Shown here: piece after piece, positions 49,802 to 59,482 of the stretch
How the letters are laid out: each line of letters begins with the position of its first letter
How positions within the stretch are numbered: the first letter of the stretch is position 1
IMG/VR virus record: IMGVR_UViG_3300002460_000003
Coordinates: 24,042 to 88,041 of that record
DNA from: a virus
DNA length: 64,000 nt
Direction: 5' to 3' (one strand)
The notes under the pieces: model-generated
Told to the model about the DNA's origin: nothing
What the model saw: only the letters and a program-made list of their open reading frames with translations
Database searches by the model: none
Made by a program: the position numbers and the translations under genes

Positions 49802-50332
49802 AAACAATCCAAACAGATGAACTAACATTCTATACAATCATCGGTAAATCTGGTGCTAAAATCACTGGTGTTGATGTAGGGCGTACTCATGGTATTAATC
49901 AATACACAAGGAATGGTAGATTTGTTGGTGTACATTCTTGGACAGGTAGTGGTGCATTACGTGAGAGTTATTTTGAAATTGCTAGCTATCTAATGGAGGC
50001 TTATAAATGATCACATACAAAAACGTTACACTAGTAAAATCATCTGATGGTGATTGGGAAGGGCTTTATATTGATAGTGAACTGTATTGTGAAAATCATA
50101 GTGTAGAAGTTCAAGATGTACTTGACTTGATTAACAACCATCACTTGAAAGAGGCATTTAGTTTTGAAGTGAGCTGTGATTGGCTGATTGATGAAATGGG
50201 TGGGCTTCTACCTCATTCTCTCAGTGATATTCCTGAAGGTGCTAGAGTGTGAGAGTTTGGAATAAACAGCTTGACAACCTCACAACATAATGTAATCATA
50301 GCTGCACACACCGAGATTAAAGGAGTAGAGAA

Positions 50333-50836
50333 ATGAACATCTTCGCATCTGATAAATGCCCAATCAAGTCAGCACAGAACCTAGCTAATGTCCATGTGGT
50401 GAAAATGCTAAGTGAAGGAATTCAAATTTTGTCAACTGCTCATTATATCCTAGACGGTAATCAGGTAGGAATGAAACCTACCCACCAAAACCATCCTGCT
50501 AACATTTGGTGCCGTACTAATAAAGCTAATTACTCTTGGCTTTTAGAGCATACAAAAGCGCTTTGTGATGAATACACACATCGATATGGGAAAGTGCATA
50601 AGTCTTCAATTCACCTACTGAGCCTAAGCAAGCATCCTGTTTCGATTGAAGATGGAGAGCTATTAGAGTTTGTACGCTGTATGCCTGACGAATTTAAGCT
50701 AGCTTCTCTGCTCGACCCTTGCAAAAGCTATCAATTATACCTTAAGTCTAAGTATAATGACTGGACAACACGAACTGAGAAGCGTAGGATGAAGGTTGAG
50801 TGGACAGGGCGGAATAAACCGCACTGGATTGATTGA
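50333..50836 (+). CDS. pyrimidine-dimer glycosylase / DenV-related protein
   Basis: MNIF..D.CP..SA, HVVKM..E..Q.LST, H.NHP...W and EYTHRYGKVH motifs. Confidence 0.75.
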   Translation: MNIFASDKCPIKSAQNLANVHVVKMLSEGIQILSTAHYILDGNQVGMKPTHQNHPANIWCRTNKANYSWLLEHTKALCDEYTHRYGKVHKSSIHLLSLSKHPVSIEDGELLEFVRCMPDEFKLASLLDPCKSYQLYLKSKYNDWTTRTEKRRMKVEWTGRNKPHWID

Positions 50837-50847
50837 GGAGGATTAAA

Positions 50848-51318
50848 ATGAAAGAAGGTATTTCCATTCGGGAAGGTGACGTGTTTCGTTGGTACTACAA
50901 AAACGACACAGAATATCGTGCTAGCTGTGGAGGTGGCACAGCTTACTGGTGTATGGATAATCAAGCCATCGTTCGTAATGGTGAGCTTGTCGATACTTAT
51001 TGGGATGGTATCCAGATGGATAGACTACCTTCAAATTCAACATATCTTAAACTTGGTAAAGTTGATCTAGAATTTGTCTGTAATGTAAACGATGTAAAAT
51101 TTATTGAAAAGTGGCAAACAGAGGACTATGATACAGTTTATAACCTCAGCCACCAAAAAGGCAGTTATGTGTGTTATGCTGTTGACAAGAATGCAAATGT
51201 GAGTACCAAAGCTTTACGCATTAAATACCAACTAAAACTTGAGGAGGCTGAGAGTGATAAGCGATGTGCTGAATGGGATATTGAACGGTATACTAAATTG
51301 CTTTCTGAACTCCAATGA
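50848..51318 (+). CDS. hypothetical early protein
   Basis: GAGGAGG RBS before MKEG. Confidence 0.65.
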   Translation: MKEGISIREGDVFRWYYKNDTEYRASCGGGTAYWCMDNQAIVRNGELVDTYWDGIQMDRLPSNSTYLKLGKVDLEFVCNVNDVKFIEKWQTEDYDTVYNLSHQKGSYVCYAVDKNANVSTKALRIKYQLKLEEAESDKRCAEWDIERYTKLLSELQ

Positions 51319-51451
51319 CCATAACCAAACTCACAGGTTCTCTGTCCTCTTATTACAAAGCATCATATAAGAATTATGAGTCTTATGCATTGACAGAGAA
51401 AGAAGCTTGTGGTATGCTTCAGACATTGATAAACAAGAGAGGAGTTAAGTG

Positions 51452-51703
51452 ATGGATATTGATAACGGAGGCCCAGCATTTCCAATAACACTGCCGCATG
51501 GAGAGCAGTATAAAGTTCATTTAGAGTTTGATGGTATGACTTTACGTGACTACTTTGCAGCTAAAGCTATGGCAGCACTCATGCTTGTATACTGGGAGGC
51601 TCAAGATGAATATGCAGACGCTACCTCACTTTTGAGGTGTCAAGCTACATCCGCTTATGAGTATGCAGATGCCATGATCGCAGAACGGAATAAAACAAAA
51701 TGA
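51452..51703 (+). CDS. conserved phage protein (GGPAFP...GMTLRDYFAAKAM family)
   Basis: Recognisable family motif. Confidence 0.75.
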   Translation: MDIDNGGPAFPITLPHGEQYKVHLEFDGMTLRDYFAAKAMAALMLVYWEAQDEYADATSLLRCQATSAYEYADAMIAERNKTK

Positions 51704-51895
51704 CTTCACAACAACTATTTGAACAATTCATTTCTTCTAGACAACTTGACCCTAATTACGCTGCTATGTTTACCAAATGTAAAGATAAACAAGGGAATGA
51801 ATTAGAAGAATATGCTTGTCATCGTATACAGCAAGACTATATACTGTGGCAGAGGGCTGTAGAGGTAGCGTTAATTATTGAAGAGGAGATTTAAT

Positions 51896-52237
51896 ATGAA
51901 AGACTTTCTTATCAAGAATAATTATAAGCTTTATGGTGAAGAGAAAGATGAGTTTGGCATAACTCAGAAGTATCAAAAGAGGGTCGACGCAGATTACCCC
52001 GAGTATCCATTATGTGCCTGTAATGATAAACTCTTCATTAATATTGATTTCTATGCTTTTACAATTGGAGATATAAACAGTAGATCAGCGTCAATCTTTC
52101 TAGTGCATGGAAATAATAAAGGCGAGTGGTGTGATATTAAAATTTATGGATTGAAAGAGACAGATGTATTAAGTAAACTTTACCGTCTTGAACTTAAAGT
52201 CATGGATATGTGGAAAGTATTCTACGAGGGAATCTAA
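51896..52237 (+). CDS. hypothetical early protein
   Basis: GAGGAG RBS before MKDFL. Confidence 0.6.
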   Translation: MKDFLIKNNYKLYGEEKDEFGITQKYQKRVDADYPEYPLCACNDKLFINIDFYAFTIGDINSRSASIFLVHGNNKGEWCDIKIYGLKETDVLSKLYRLELKVMDMWKVFYEGI

Positions 52238-52429
52238 ATGAACTCTAAACTAGCTTCTCGTAAATTCATCCTCTCCTGTTCGATGATAATTATATTGACA
52301 GGTGTTCTATGTTTTGATAAGATTTCAGAAGATAACTATTCGTATTTGATTACGTTGATTATCTCGGGTTATTTAATTTCTAATGTTTCTCAATCAGCTT
52401 TACTTAAGAAGGAGAATAAAGATGTCTAA
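52238..52429 (+). CDS. small two-transmembrane protein (SRKF motif, holin-like)
   Basis: KLASRKFIL followed by two hydrophobic segments. Confidence 0.55.
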   Translation: MNSKLASRKFILSCSMIIILTGVLCFDKISEDNYSYLITLIISGYLISNVSQSALLKKENKDV

Positions 52430-52799
52430 AGATAAACCAGTTGTGAACTATGAGCGCATAGAACGTTTCATTCAAGCGGAATGCGAATGGCCCAATGGGA
52501 CACCAGATGAAATTATCTCTCAGATGCTAGAGATTAAAAAGCAATACGCTGATTGGGGTAATTTGAATATTAGTTATGAGTGGAGCGGGTATGAGGATTG
52601 TGAATATTATGTTAGCGGAACTCGGTTGGAAAATGACGATGAATATAACTGTCGTATTGAACAAGAAGAGGATAAACTGTCCTTTTGGGAAGAAAAAGAA
52701 TCAGAGCGTATTGCTAAAGAAATATTAGAGAATCAAATACAAATGCAGGCAGATTTAAAAGAGCTTGCACGACTGAAAGCTAAGTACGGAGAAAAGTAA
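52422..52799 (+). CDS. hypothetical early protein
   Basis: AAGGAG RBS before MSKDK. Confidence 0.6.
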   Translation: MSKDKPVVNYERIERFIQAECEWPNGTPDEIISQMLEIKKQYADWGNLNISYEWSGYEDCEYYVSGTRLENDDEYNCRIEQEEDKLSFWEEKESERIAKEILENQIQMQADLKELARLKAKYGEK

Positions 52800-53025
52800 T
52801 ATGGAAATTAAACGTAGTGAAGAGTGGGATAAATGGTGTAAGAGTGGTGAAGTTTTTAATAGGTATAAACATGTTAAACTTCACAAGAAAATGATGGATA
52901 AAGTAGATGCAGATAACCTCGATATTGAGTCTATGCGTGAAATTTTAAAGGAGATTATTAAAGTTACCTTTCCAGTGTCAGAAAGTGAACTTGAAACTAT
53001 AAACAAGATTCTAGAGGAAAAGTAA

Positions 53026-53385
53026 ATGCTTGAGTACGTATTGCGCTGTGCTAGAAAACTTCCTTATAAACGAGGACAACAGCGTGTGTATTCTGTTATA
53101 ACAGATTCTAGAGGTCGTGTTGTTGCAGAAAGTGCTTGCTATTACCTGAAGTCTCACCCTAAACAGAAAGAGTATTCTATTAAAGCAGGATTCGATGAAG
53201 CTCGTTGCATGATGCATGCAGAGCTTAGAGCCTGTATCTTGTCAAAGGGGAAAGGTGTTAAGATTACAGTGGCTCGGGTTGCTGCTGATGGACGACCACT
53301 AGACGCAATTCCTTGCCCATCTTGCCGCTTGTGTATCGCTGATCATGGTGGTATAAAGGAAATCAGCTACAGCACAGGAAGCTAA
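53026..53385 (+). CDS. zinc-dependent nucleotide deaminase-like protein
   Basis: HAE...PCPSC motif. Confidence 0.8.
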   Translation: MLEYVLRCARKLPYKRGQQRVYSVITDSRGRVVAESACYYLKSHPKQKEYSIKAGFDEARCMMHAELRACILSKGKGVKITVARVAADGRPLDAIPCPSCRLCIADHGGIKEISYSTGS

Positions 53386-53403
53386 AAGAATTTAAAATAA
53401 AGC

Positions 53404-53431
53404 TTGACGTGTTGGTAGGATGGTGTAGAAT
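53404..53431 (+). promoter_or_regulatory. sigma70 promoter for tRNA-Arg
   Basis: AAATAAAGC-TTGACG-16-TAGAAT. Confidence 0.6.
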
Positions 53432-53468
53432 TAGGGCTAACAGAGTTACTAACACAAAGCAAGATCAT

Positions 53469-53545
53469 CGAGCGTTGGCGCAACTGGATAGCGCAAGGGA
53501 TTTCTACTCCCTAGGTTAAAGGTTTGAATCCTTTACGCTCGACCA
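53469..53545 (+). tRNA. tRNA-Arg(TCT)
   Basis: Acceptor CGAGCGT/ACGCTCG, D-arm GCGCAACTGGATAGCGC, anticodon arm AGGGA-TTTCTAC-TCCCT, variant T-loop TTTGAAT, encoded CCA. Confidence 0.88.
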
Positions 53546-53974
53546 AATTCGTAACAAGAGAGGACAAACCTAATGAGTGACTACAAAAATTGTGTGATTA
53601 AAGACATCCGTAAATTCCCCGGAAAAGGTGATACACTTTATGCGTGTTTGTATTCTATTGAGGGTGATCTTATAATCTCTGCTACTTTAGATTATATTGT
53701 ACAAGCACTGAAAGAGAGGGTGTGACATGATCCACTACAACAAGCAATCTAAATATAAATACCTTTACAGTATGCTAGAAAACCTATCTCTAGCGTGTTC
53801 TCTAAAGAGTCTTTATTTTCAGCACGGGTCTGCTGTTGGTTGGACTTGTGCTCATTATATAGTACAATTTAATAATGAAGAGTTGGTGAGGTTTGACAAT
53901 CTTGTAAAAGAGATTGTCAGAATTAAAGAGAAAGAACTAATTGCAAATAAGTGGACTAATTAAAGGAGAATATT

Positions 53975-54541
53975 ATGTTTAAAGTAGGTGATAAAGTTGA
54001 GTGTATTAGAATGCAATCAGCAGGAAACTACGTGATGAATACTGGATACATTGGTTATGTGACACATGTAAAGGGTTTATCTCTTGCTGTAGATGGTCTA
54101 CTTCATGCGGGACACACTGTGATGTCTTATCAAGCTTTTAAGCTTGTAGAAGAAAAGCCACAATTCGATCTTAAAAAGAATCCTTGGTTTATCCGTACAG
54201 GAACTAAAGAGAAATCAGAAGCTGCACAGAAATGGTTGTTTGAACACGGGATGAGTTGGTCTGGGGCTAGGGGAAATGTAATCCTGAACTTTGGTGAAGA
54301 TTATCTTGTTAATGTAAGTGGTAATGGGTATGTAGGAGAGTATGTAATGTGGTGTTCGGATAGTTCACCACATGCATCAGCTAAAGAAATCATCATGGAG
54401 TTTGAGACTGTTGTAAAATCTGTAACCTATCCAGTCCTAGAGACTGAGTCTGCTAAGAAAGCACAAGACAAGAAGATTAAAGAACTGAAGGAGACAATTG
54501 ACAAGGCTCAACAACAACTAGAAGAAATGATGGGTAAATAG
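53975..54541 (+). CDS. hypothetical early protein
   Basis: 188 aa, MFKVGDKV start, AAGGAG RBS. Confidence 0.7.
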   Translation: MFKVGDKVECIRMQSAGNYVMNTGYIGYVTHVKGLSLAVDGLLHAGHTVMSYQAFKLVEEKPQFDLKKNPWFIRTGTKEKSEAAQKWLFEHGMSWSGARGNVILNFGEDYLVNVSGNGYVGEYVMWCSDSSPHASAKEIIMEFETVVKSVTYPVLETESAKKAQDKKIKELKETIDKAQQQLEEMMGK

Positions 54542-55026
54542 CTAAAATTTATGAGGGGTTGTCTGGGGATTGAAAGATTCTATTAGACAATCCCTTTTCT
54601 TTTGTCTAGAATAAGCACATACCAAACAAATGAGAGGATAAACAAATGCGAGCTACTAGTCACTTCGTACATTTCGTACTAACAATCCTATTCTTTCCGT
54701 GGATTATCGTCTGGGTGTTGTGTGCTAGCATGAACTCACGACACAACCAAAAAGAACTTTACAAGCTACAGAAAGAACAGGTAGAATTGCTAAAACAACG
54801 TAAGTATTGGAATTAAGGAGAAGATTATGAAACCTGAATTTTATAGAGTACCTAGTGACATCTTTGATATCAAAGTTATTAAAGTCCACGACAAGTATTA
54901 TAGTTTTGGTTTCACTTGCAGAAGCTTTAGCGGTATTTGGGAGGAAGTTAAGGATAAGCTTGATACATTAGAAACTTGTGACTTAACTGACGAAGATATG
55001 AATGAATTTTTGGTGGAGGATGTAGA

Positions 55027-55644
55027 ATGAAACTTGTAGAAATTTTGGCTAAAGAGTTGAAAGAGTGGCCTATTAATACAGATTCAATCTGGCAAGACTA
55101 TGACGGCGAATTGAGGTTTTTTAGAGACAGGGGTACAAGCTTTACAGGTATTTACCTTTCAGAGATATGTGACGACTGTTTACGAGAGAGATACGACAGT
55201 TCGCCGGTAAATAAAGTCACTAAATATATGTGGGAGGCAGAGAAAGCTAAGCTGAATGCGCAGAACACGTCAATGGAAGCTGAAAACTTCAACCCAATCT
55301 ATTGCCGGGATCGTATCAAAGAGATTGATAGTGTCGTAGAAAGTCTAGAGGAAGAACGTGTGTCACTTGTTCAAGCTCTTGAGGATGAGGGCTTCGCACT
55401 AGTAAGTGCTGTGCTTATCAATGCAACACCAGTTGAGGATATGAGTGATTGGAAGAACTGGAAAGAAGGTGACTTGCTCACATTCTCTGAAAGGGGATCG
55501 GATTATGATTTTACAGTAGGTAAAAATTACGGATTTATCAAAGTTGATGAGGATGACGATATTCTCGTGCTAGATGACAGTGGTGAAGAAAACGGATACC
55601 AAGTTACAGCAGAAATGTTTAAATGGCACTCACGCCCACAATAA
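55027..55644 (+). CDS. hypothetical early protein
   Basis: 205 aa, MKLVEILAKEL.EWP...QDYDG conserved phage N-terminus. Confidence 0.7.
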   Translation: MKLVEILAKELKEWPINTDSIWQDYDGELRFFRDRGTSFTGIYLSEICDDCLRERYDSSPVNKVTKYMWEAEKAKLNAQNTSMEAENFNPIYCRDRIKEIDSVVESLEEERVSLVQALEDEGFALVSAVLINATPVEDMSDWKNWKEGDLLTFSERGSDYDFTVGKNYGFIKVDEDDDILVLDDSGEENGYQVTAEMFKWHSRPQ

Positions 55645-55816
55645 GGGGACTTGACATGTTTGCTCTATTGCTCTATTGTTCTATATTCAGTTGGTGGTGA
55701 GGGCTAATAAGCCAACTAAAAGTAAAGTAACGACTTATCATAATGAAAATAAAGCTTGACACACAGACGCTCTAGGATTACTCTTAGGGCGTCTTCTGTT
55801 TAATTGGAGAGAGAAA

Positions 55817-56218
55817 ATGAAGAAAGTGATCGTGTTACTTGGAGAACAAGTCTCTGCTTTAGACTTCCAATGTGGGGGTAGTAATGTATCTGGCTTAAAA
55901 GGTGGTAAGTGGGTTCATTACGTTGAGTCTACTTCTAGAAAGTGTCCAGAGAACGACAAGCACCCTAAGATCTATAAAGAGTGGCTTGTTAGTGAATTAG
56001 ATTATGTGTTAAAGTGTTGGAATATTATTGTAACTACAAATTCAATGCACACAATCAACATCCTTTCTGATATGATTAGGTGCGATGTGCTATTATCTGA
56101 ACAGGTAGAGATTAACATTCTGTCAGAAGATAACTCAAAAATTAATCATGTTGTGAGTATTGACAGTATGGGTTACTTATCAGATAATTGGCCTGTAGGA
56201 TTTCTTAGCAGTTGGTGA
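55817..56218 (+). CDS. small protein resembling a degenerate ABC/AAA_21 ATPase with DUF3696-like tail
   Basis: VIVLLGE, PENDKHP, IIVTTNS and IDSMGYLSDNWPVGF motifs; own promoter TTGACA(55756)-17-TACTCT and GGAG RBS. Confidence 0.55.
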   Translation: MKKVIVLLGEQVSALDFQCGGSNVSGLKGGKWVHYVESTSRKCPENDKHPKIYKEWLVSELDYVLKCWNIIVTTNSMHTINILSDMIRCDVLLSEQVEINILSEDNSKINHVVSIDSMGYLSDNWPVGFLSSW

Positions 56219-56226
56219 GGTGATTT

Positions 56227-56805
56227 ATGTCTGGTTCAATTGGTCGCAGTTACTTAATTCAAAGCTGGAATGGTGCTGCTGAGTATTCAGGTGAACAAAT
56301 TGGTAACAGGCTTAAAGAAAGTACAGAGCTATTCTTAAAGAATGGTCAGGCTAATACTGCCCTATTTGCAGAGCCTGAAGCACCAAAGAAAACTAAAAAG
56401 CCTATCCCTATTGCACACCAGATCACACCACAGCAGCGCTCGCTTGACAAACTAGACCAACAAGAGCTATCCTTACACAAAGCATATAAGAATGAGGAAG
56501 TAAGCCTAGAGGAATACGAAGAGCTTCTGTACGCCTTAGACCAAAAACGAGAGAGAGCGTTCAAATCTCTTTGTAAGGCTTTAGGGAGGCAAGAAACGAA
56601 CGATAGTGACTACCCTGTGGGTCAGGGTGGGTATGACGATAAAACCCTAAATACATATGATAAAGCATTGACTAAGAGTGGATTCAAGCGTAATGTAGGT
56701 GGTGTTGAGGTTGTAAACACAAACAGCTTTGCAAAAGATGTAAAAATCCTGTTGACAGGTTCTACAATTGGCCTTATAATCCTGCTAACACTAATAAACA
56801 TATGA
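56227..56805 (+). CDS. hypothetical early protein with C-terminal hydrophobic segment
   Basis: 192 aa, GAGGT RBS. Confidence 0.65.
   Translation: MSGSIGRSYLIQSWNGAAEYSGEQIGNRLKESTELFLKNGQANTALFAEPEAPKKTKKPIPIAHQITPQQRSLDKLDQQELSLHKAYKNEEVSLEEYEELLYALDQKRERAFKSLCKALGRQETNDSDYPVGQGGYDDKTLNTYDKALTKSGFKRNVGGVEVVNTNSFAKDVKILLTGSTIGLIILLTLINI
56752..56780 (+). promoter_or_regulatory. perfect-consensus sigma70 promoter
   Basis: TTGACA-17-TATAAT. Confidence 0.8.
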
Positions 56806-56815
56806 GGAGAAACAA

Positions 56816-58408
56816 ATGAATCTTTACGTATTAGTTCGGCAGAACAAAGATAATCCTGATGATGTGGGTCTGTGTGCTACGACCAGTAATGAAACCTTCC
56901 ACTATACTGACCTGAATCTGGCCATAAAAGACAAGAGGAATATTGAGGAAATTTATGGCGATGAAGAACAATATTGTATTGCAAAACTCGTCTTTCTAGA
57001 CTAAAAAGGTGTATAGCATGGAACAGTTTTATGTGGTAGTGTGTACAGACATGGACGATTTAGCTTCTCGCTTGTGTAGGACAGCTACAAAGCAGAATCT
57101 ATTTAAATCGGAAGAAGAAGCACAATATTGTATTGACGATGCTTTAGATTGGGGATACACTGAGTTCAAATACAGAATTGCAAAGCTAACATACCTTGAT
57201 TGACACTGGAGAGATAAGATGAAAGTTAATATGAATAAAGACAAGGACACGCTACTCAATTGGTTTATTGTCTGTGGTGTTAGTACGGATAAAGAACAGT
57301 TTAACAAACTTGTAGAGTCAGAGGGTTTTGATTCCGAGGCAGTCGATTTAAAGATTGTTGTAAATGGTTTTGAGTTCACTAACATTGAAGATTTGTTTGA
57401 ACGCATGGAAAAACATATTGACGAACAAGTGGAAAAGCGCTATAAATATGATGAAGAGATTGCAGGTAAGCTTGAAAAGATTCAAAGTGTTATTAATGGT
57501 AACTACGACGAGGAAGATTGAAATGGGTTTTAAACCAGAAGCAGGACAAAGTATATACAATGCAACAAAAGCTGCGATTGTATATTGTGCTGAAAATAAC
57601 TGTACACAAGTTCAATTTAGCTTCAATGAAATTATGTTGGCTGTAAGTTATAATTCAAATGCAACTGACATCTGTGAAATCTACTCACTTAAGCACTCAC
57701 TTCGCCAGAAGAATGGAAACTAAAATGAAAACCACTACTAACATTAAATTTGAGGCTAACAACATGAACCATAACATGAACCATAACATGAACCATAACA
57801 TGAACACTAAATCTTACACTTACGAGCAGCAGAAGCGCCAAGAACGAAAAGAGGATAAGAACCTGCGGAGTTTGCGTAAGTCTCGCAAAGGTTTGTGGAT
57901 TGCTCATTCTGAACGTGCTGAATAAGGGGAAATATTATGGGTTATTTTCTAGGTCTGGCTCTTGGTGCTTTTATGGGTGTTTTCTGGATGTTTATCACTG
58001 TGAGTCCTGAAGACTTGAATCAGATCAATACAGTATGTATTAACAATAAAGGTGTTGAGAAAGTATTTGTAGAGGTCGGGCGGATTCGTGTATACTGTAA
58101 GGATGGTGCTGAGTTCACATTGAAAGACTAAGAGGCTTAAATCATGTGGTGCGTCTTATCAATTCTTTTGCTTGCATGTCTAGGATTGTTCTGCTATCTT
58201 GTTTGTAAAGCATGGCAACGAGAGGGGTTTAAAGATGAAAAATAGTTTTGTTCAAGTGATTATTGGTGTTATAATCCTAGCTGTGATTACAGGATACCTA
58301 GCACACATTGGCAGCATGGCCGTAGTTGTGTCTGGTTCTCTACTGTTGTTTAGTGTTTTAGCAGCACCGTATCTAGCTGGATTTTTAGACTCCTTTGATA
58401 AGGGTTAG
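56816..58408 (+). other. run of small early ORFs (56816..57004, ~57017..57203, 57219..57521, ~57523..57723, ~57725..57925, 57937..58131, ~58235..58408)
   Basis: Head-to-tail + strand ORFs with RBS-like motifs; no recognisable function. Confidence 0.6.
57761..57805 (+). repeat. 12-bp in-frame tandem repeat (AACATGAACCAT) x3.75
   Basis: Exact repeat encoding NMNH units. Confidence 0.95.
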
Positions 58409-58629
58409 ACAATATGAACAGCCTACTAAAGATGTACAGCAAACAAAGAGACAAAGCATTCATTAGACAAGATGGAGAGCGCTTCCTGTTCTGGTGTGCT
58501 AGAGTGGCAGAGTGTTTAGAATTGATGGAAGCCCGCCAACAAAATGCTTGACAATGTGAATGGTATCAACTAAGATTGCTTCAACGGTGGTTTGCCACTA
58601 AATAATTTCTTTATAGAAAGGTGATTTAA

Positions 58630-58950
58630 ATGAGCTTAGATGTCTACCTAAAAACTGAAGAAGGTTATGTGTTTGATTGGAACATAACCCATAATCTCGC
58701 TAAGATGGCAAGTGAAGCAGGTCTGTATAACGCCCTTTGGAACCCAGAGAAAGTTGAGTCAACAAAGGCAGAACATCTGACGGAAGTATTAAAAGAAGGC
58801 TTACTAGAGCTGGTTTGTAATGAAGAATACTATAAGACTTTAAACCCTTCAAATGGTTGGGGCAGCTATGAGGGATTGGTAAAGTTTGTCTCTAAATACT
58901 TGATTGCTTGCACACAATATCCGAATGCCGATATAGAAGTCAGTCGGTGA
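58630..58950 (+). CDS. conserved phage hypothetical protein
   Basis: MSLDVYL, NITHNL..MA and NPSNGWG motifs; promoter TTGACA(58548)-17-TAAGAT. Confidence 0.7.
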   Translation: MSLDVYLKTEEGYVFDWNITHNLAKMASEAGLYNALWNPEKVESTKAEHLTEVLKEGLLELVCNEEYYKTLNPSNGWGSYEGLVKFVSKYLIACTQYPNADIEVSR

Positions 58951-59482
58951 TAAATAAAGAATCTATCGAACAAGAGTAGTTAATAGAAATATTCAGTTGT
59001 ACAAACACAAGCTTGTCGGTTATTCTTAAAACATCAACAATACGTTGATGAGTATTGGAGGCAACAAGTCTCCTTAATAGAAAGAGGATTACAAAATGTT
59101 CGCATGTCAAGTTAATGGTCGCAGGATCAAATTTGAAACCCTAGCACTTGCTAGTAAGTTTGCAAGCGAAGTCTTTAACAAGACAGGAATTATCCTTGGC
59201 ATTGAGAAGGTAAATTAAATGTACGGCATGATACTAGTTATGTGTTTACTCGATGGACATTGCTATGAAACAATACCTGCTGTATACTCTACAAAAGAAG
59301 AATGTATTGCAGAAGTAGCACACCAACGAGTGCAGGGAATGCCTAAACAGATGCTTTATTGTGATGAATTGAAGGAAGGAGAGTAACAATGAACCCTCAC
59401 ACTCTGATTAATGCTTGTCTATTCTCTATTGGGCTGGGTGTTGGGTTGTTGTGTTTTATGTGAAAAGAATTTAAAAATATTG

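Noticed and set aside
53026-53545. Deaminase next to tRNA-Arg as a TadA-like editing pair
   Set aside because: The anticodon is UCU (no A34) and a separate promoter lies between them; adjacency alone is weak evidence
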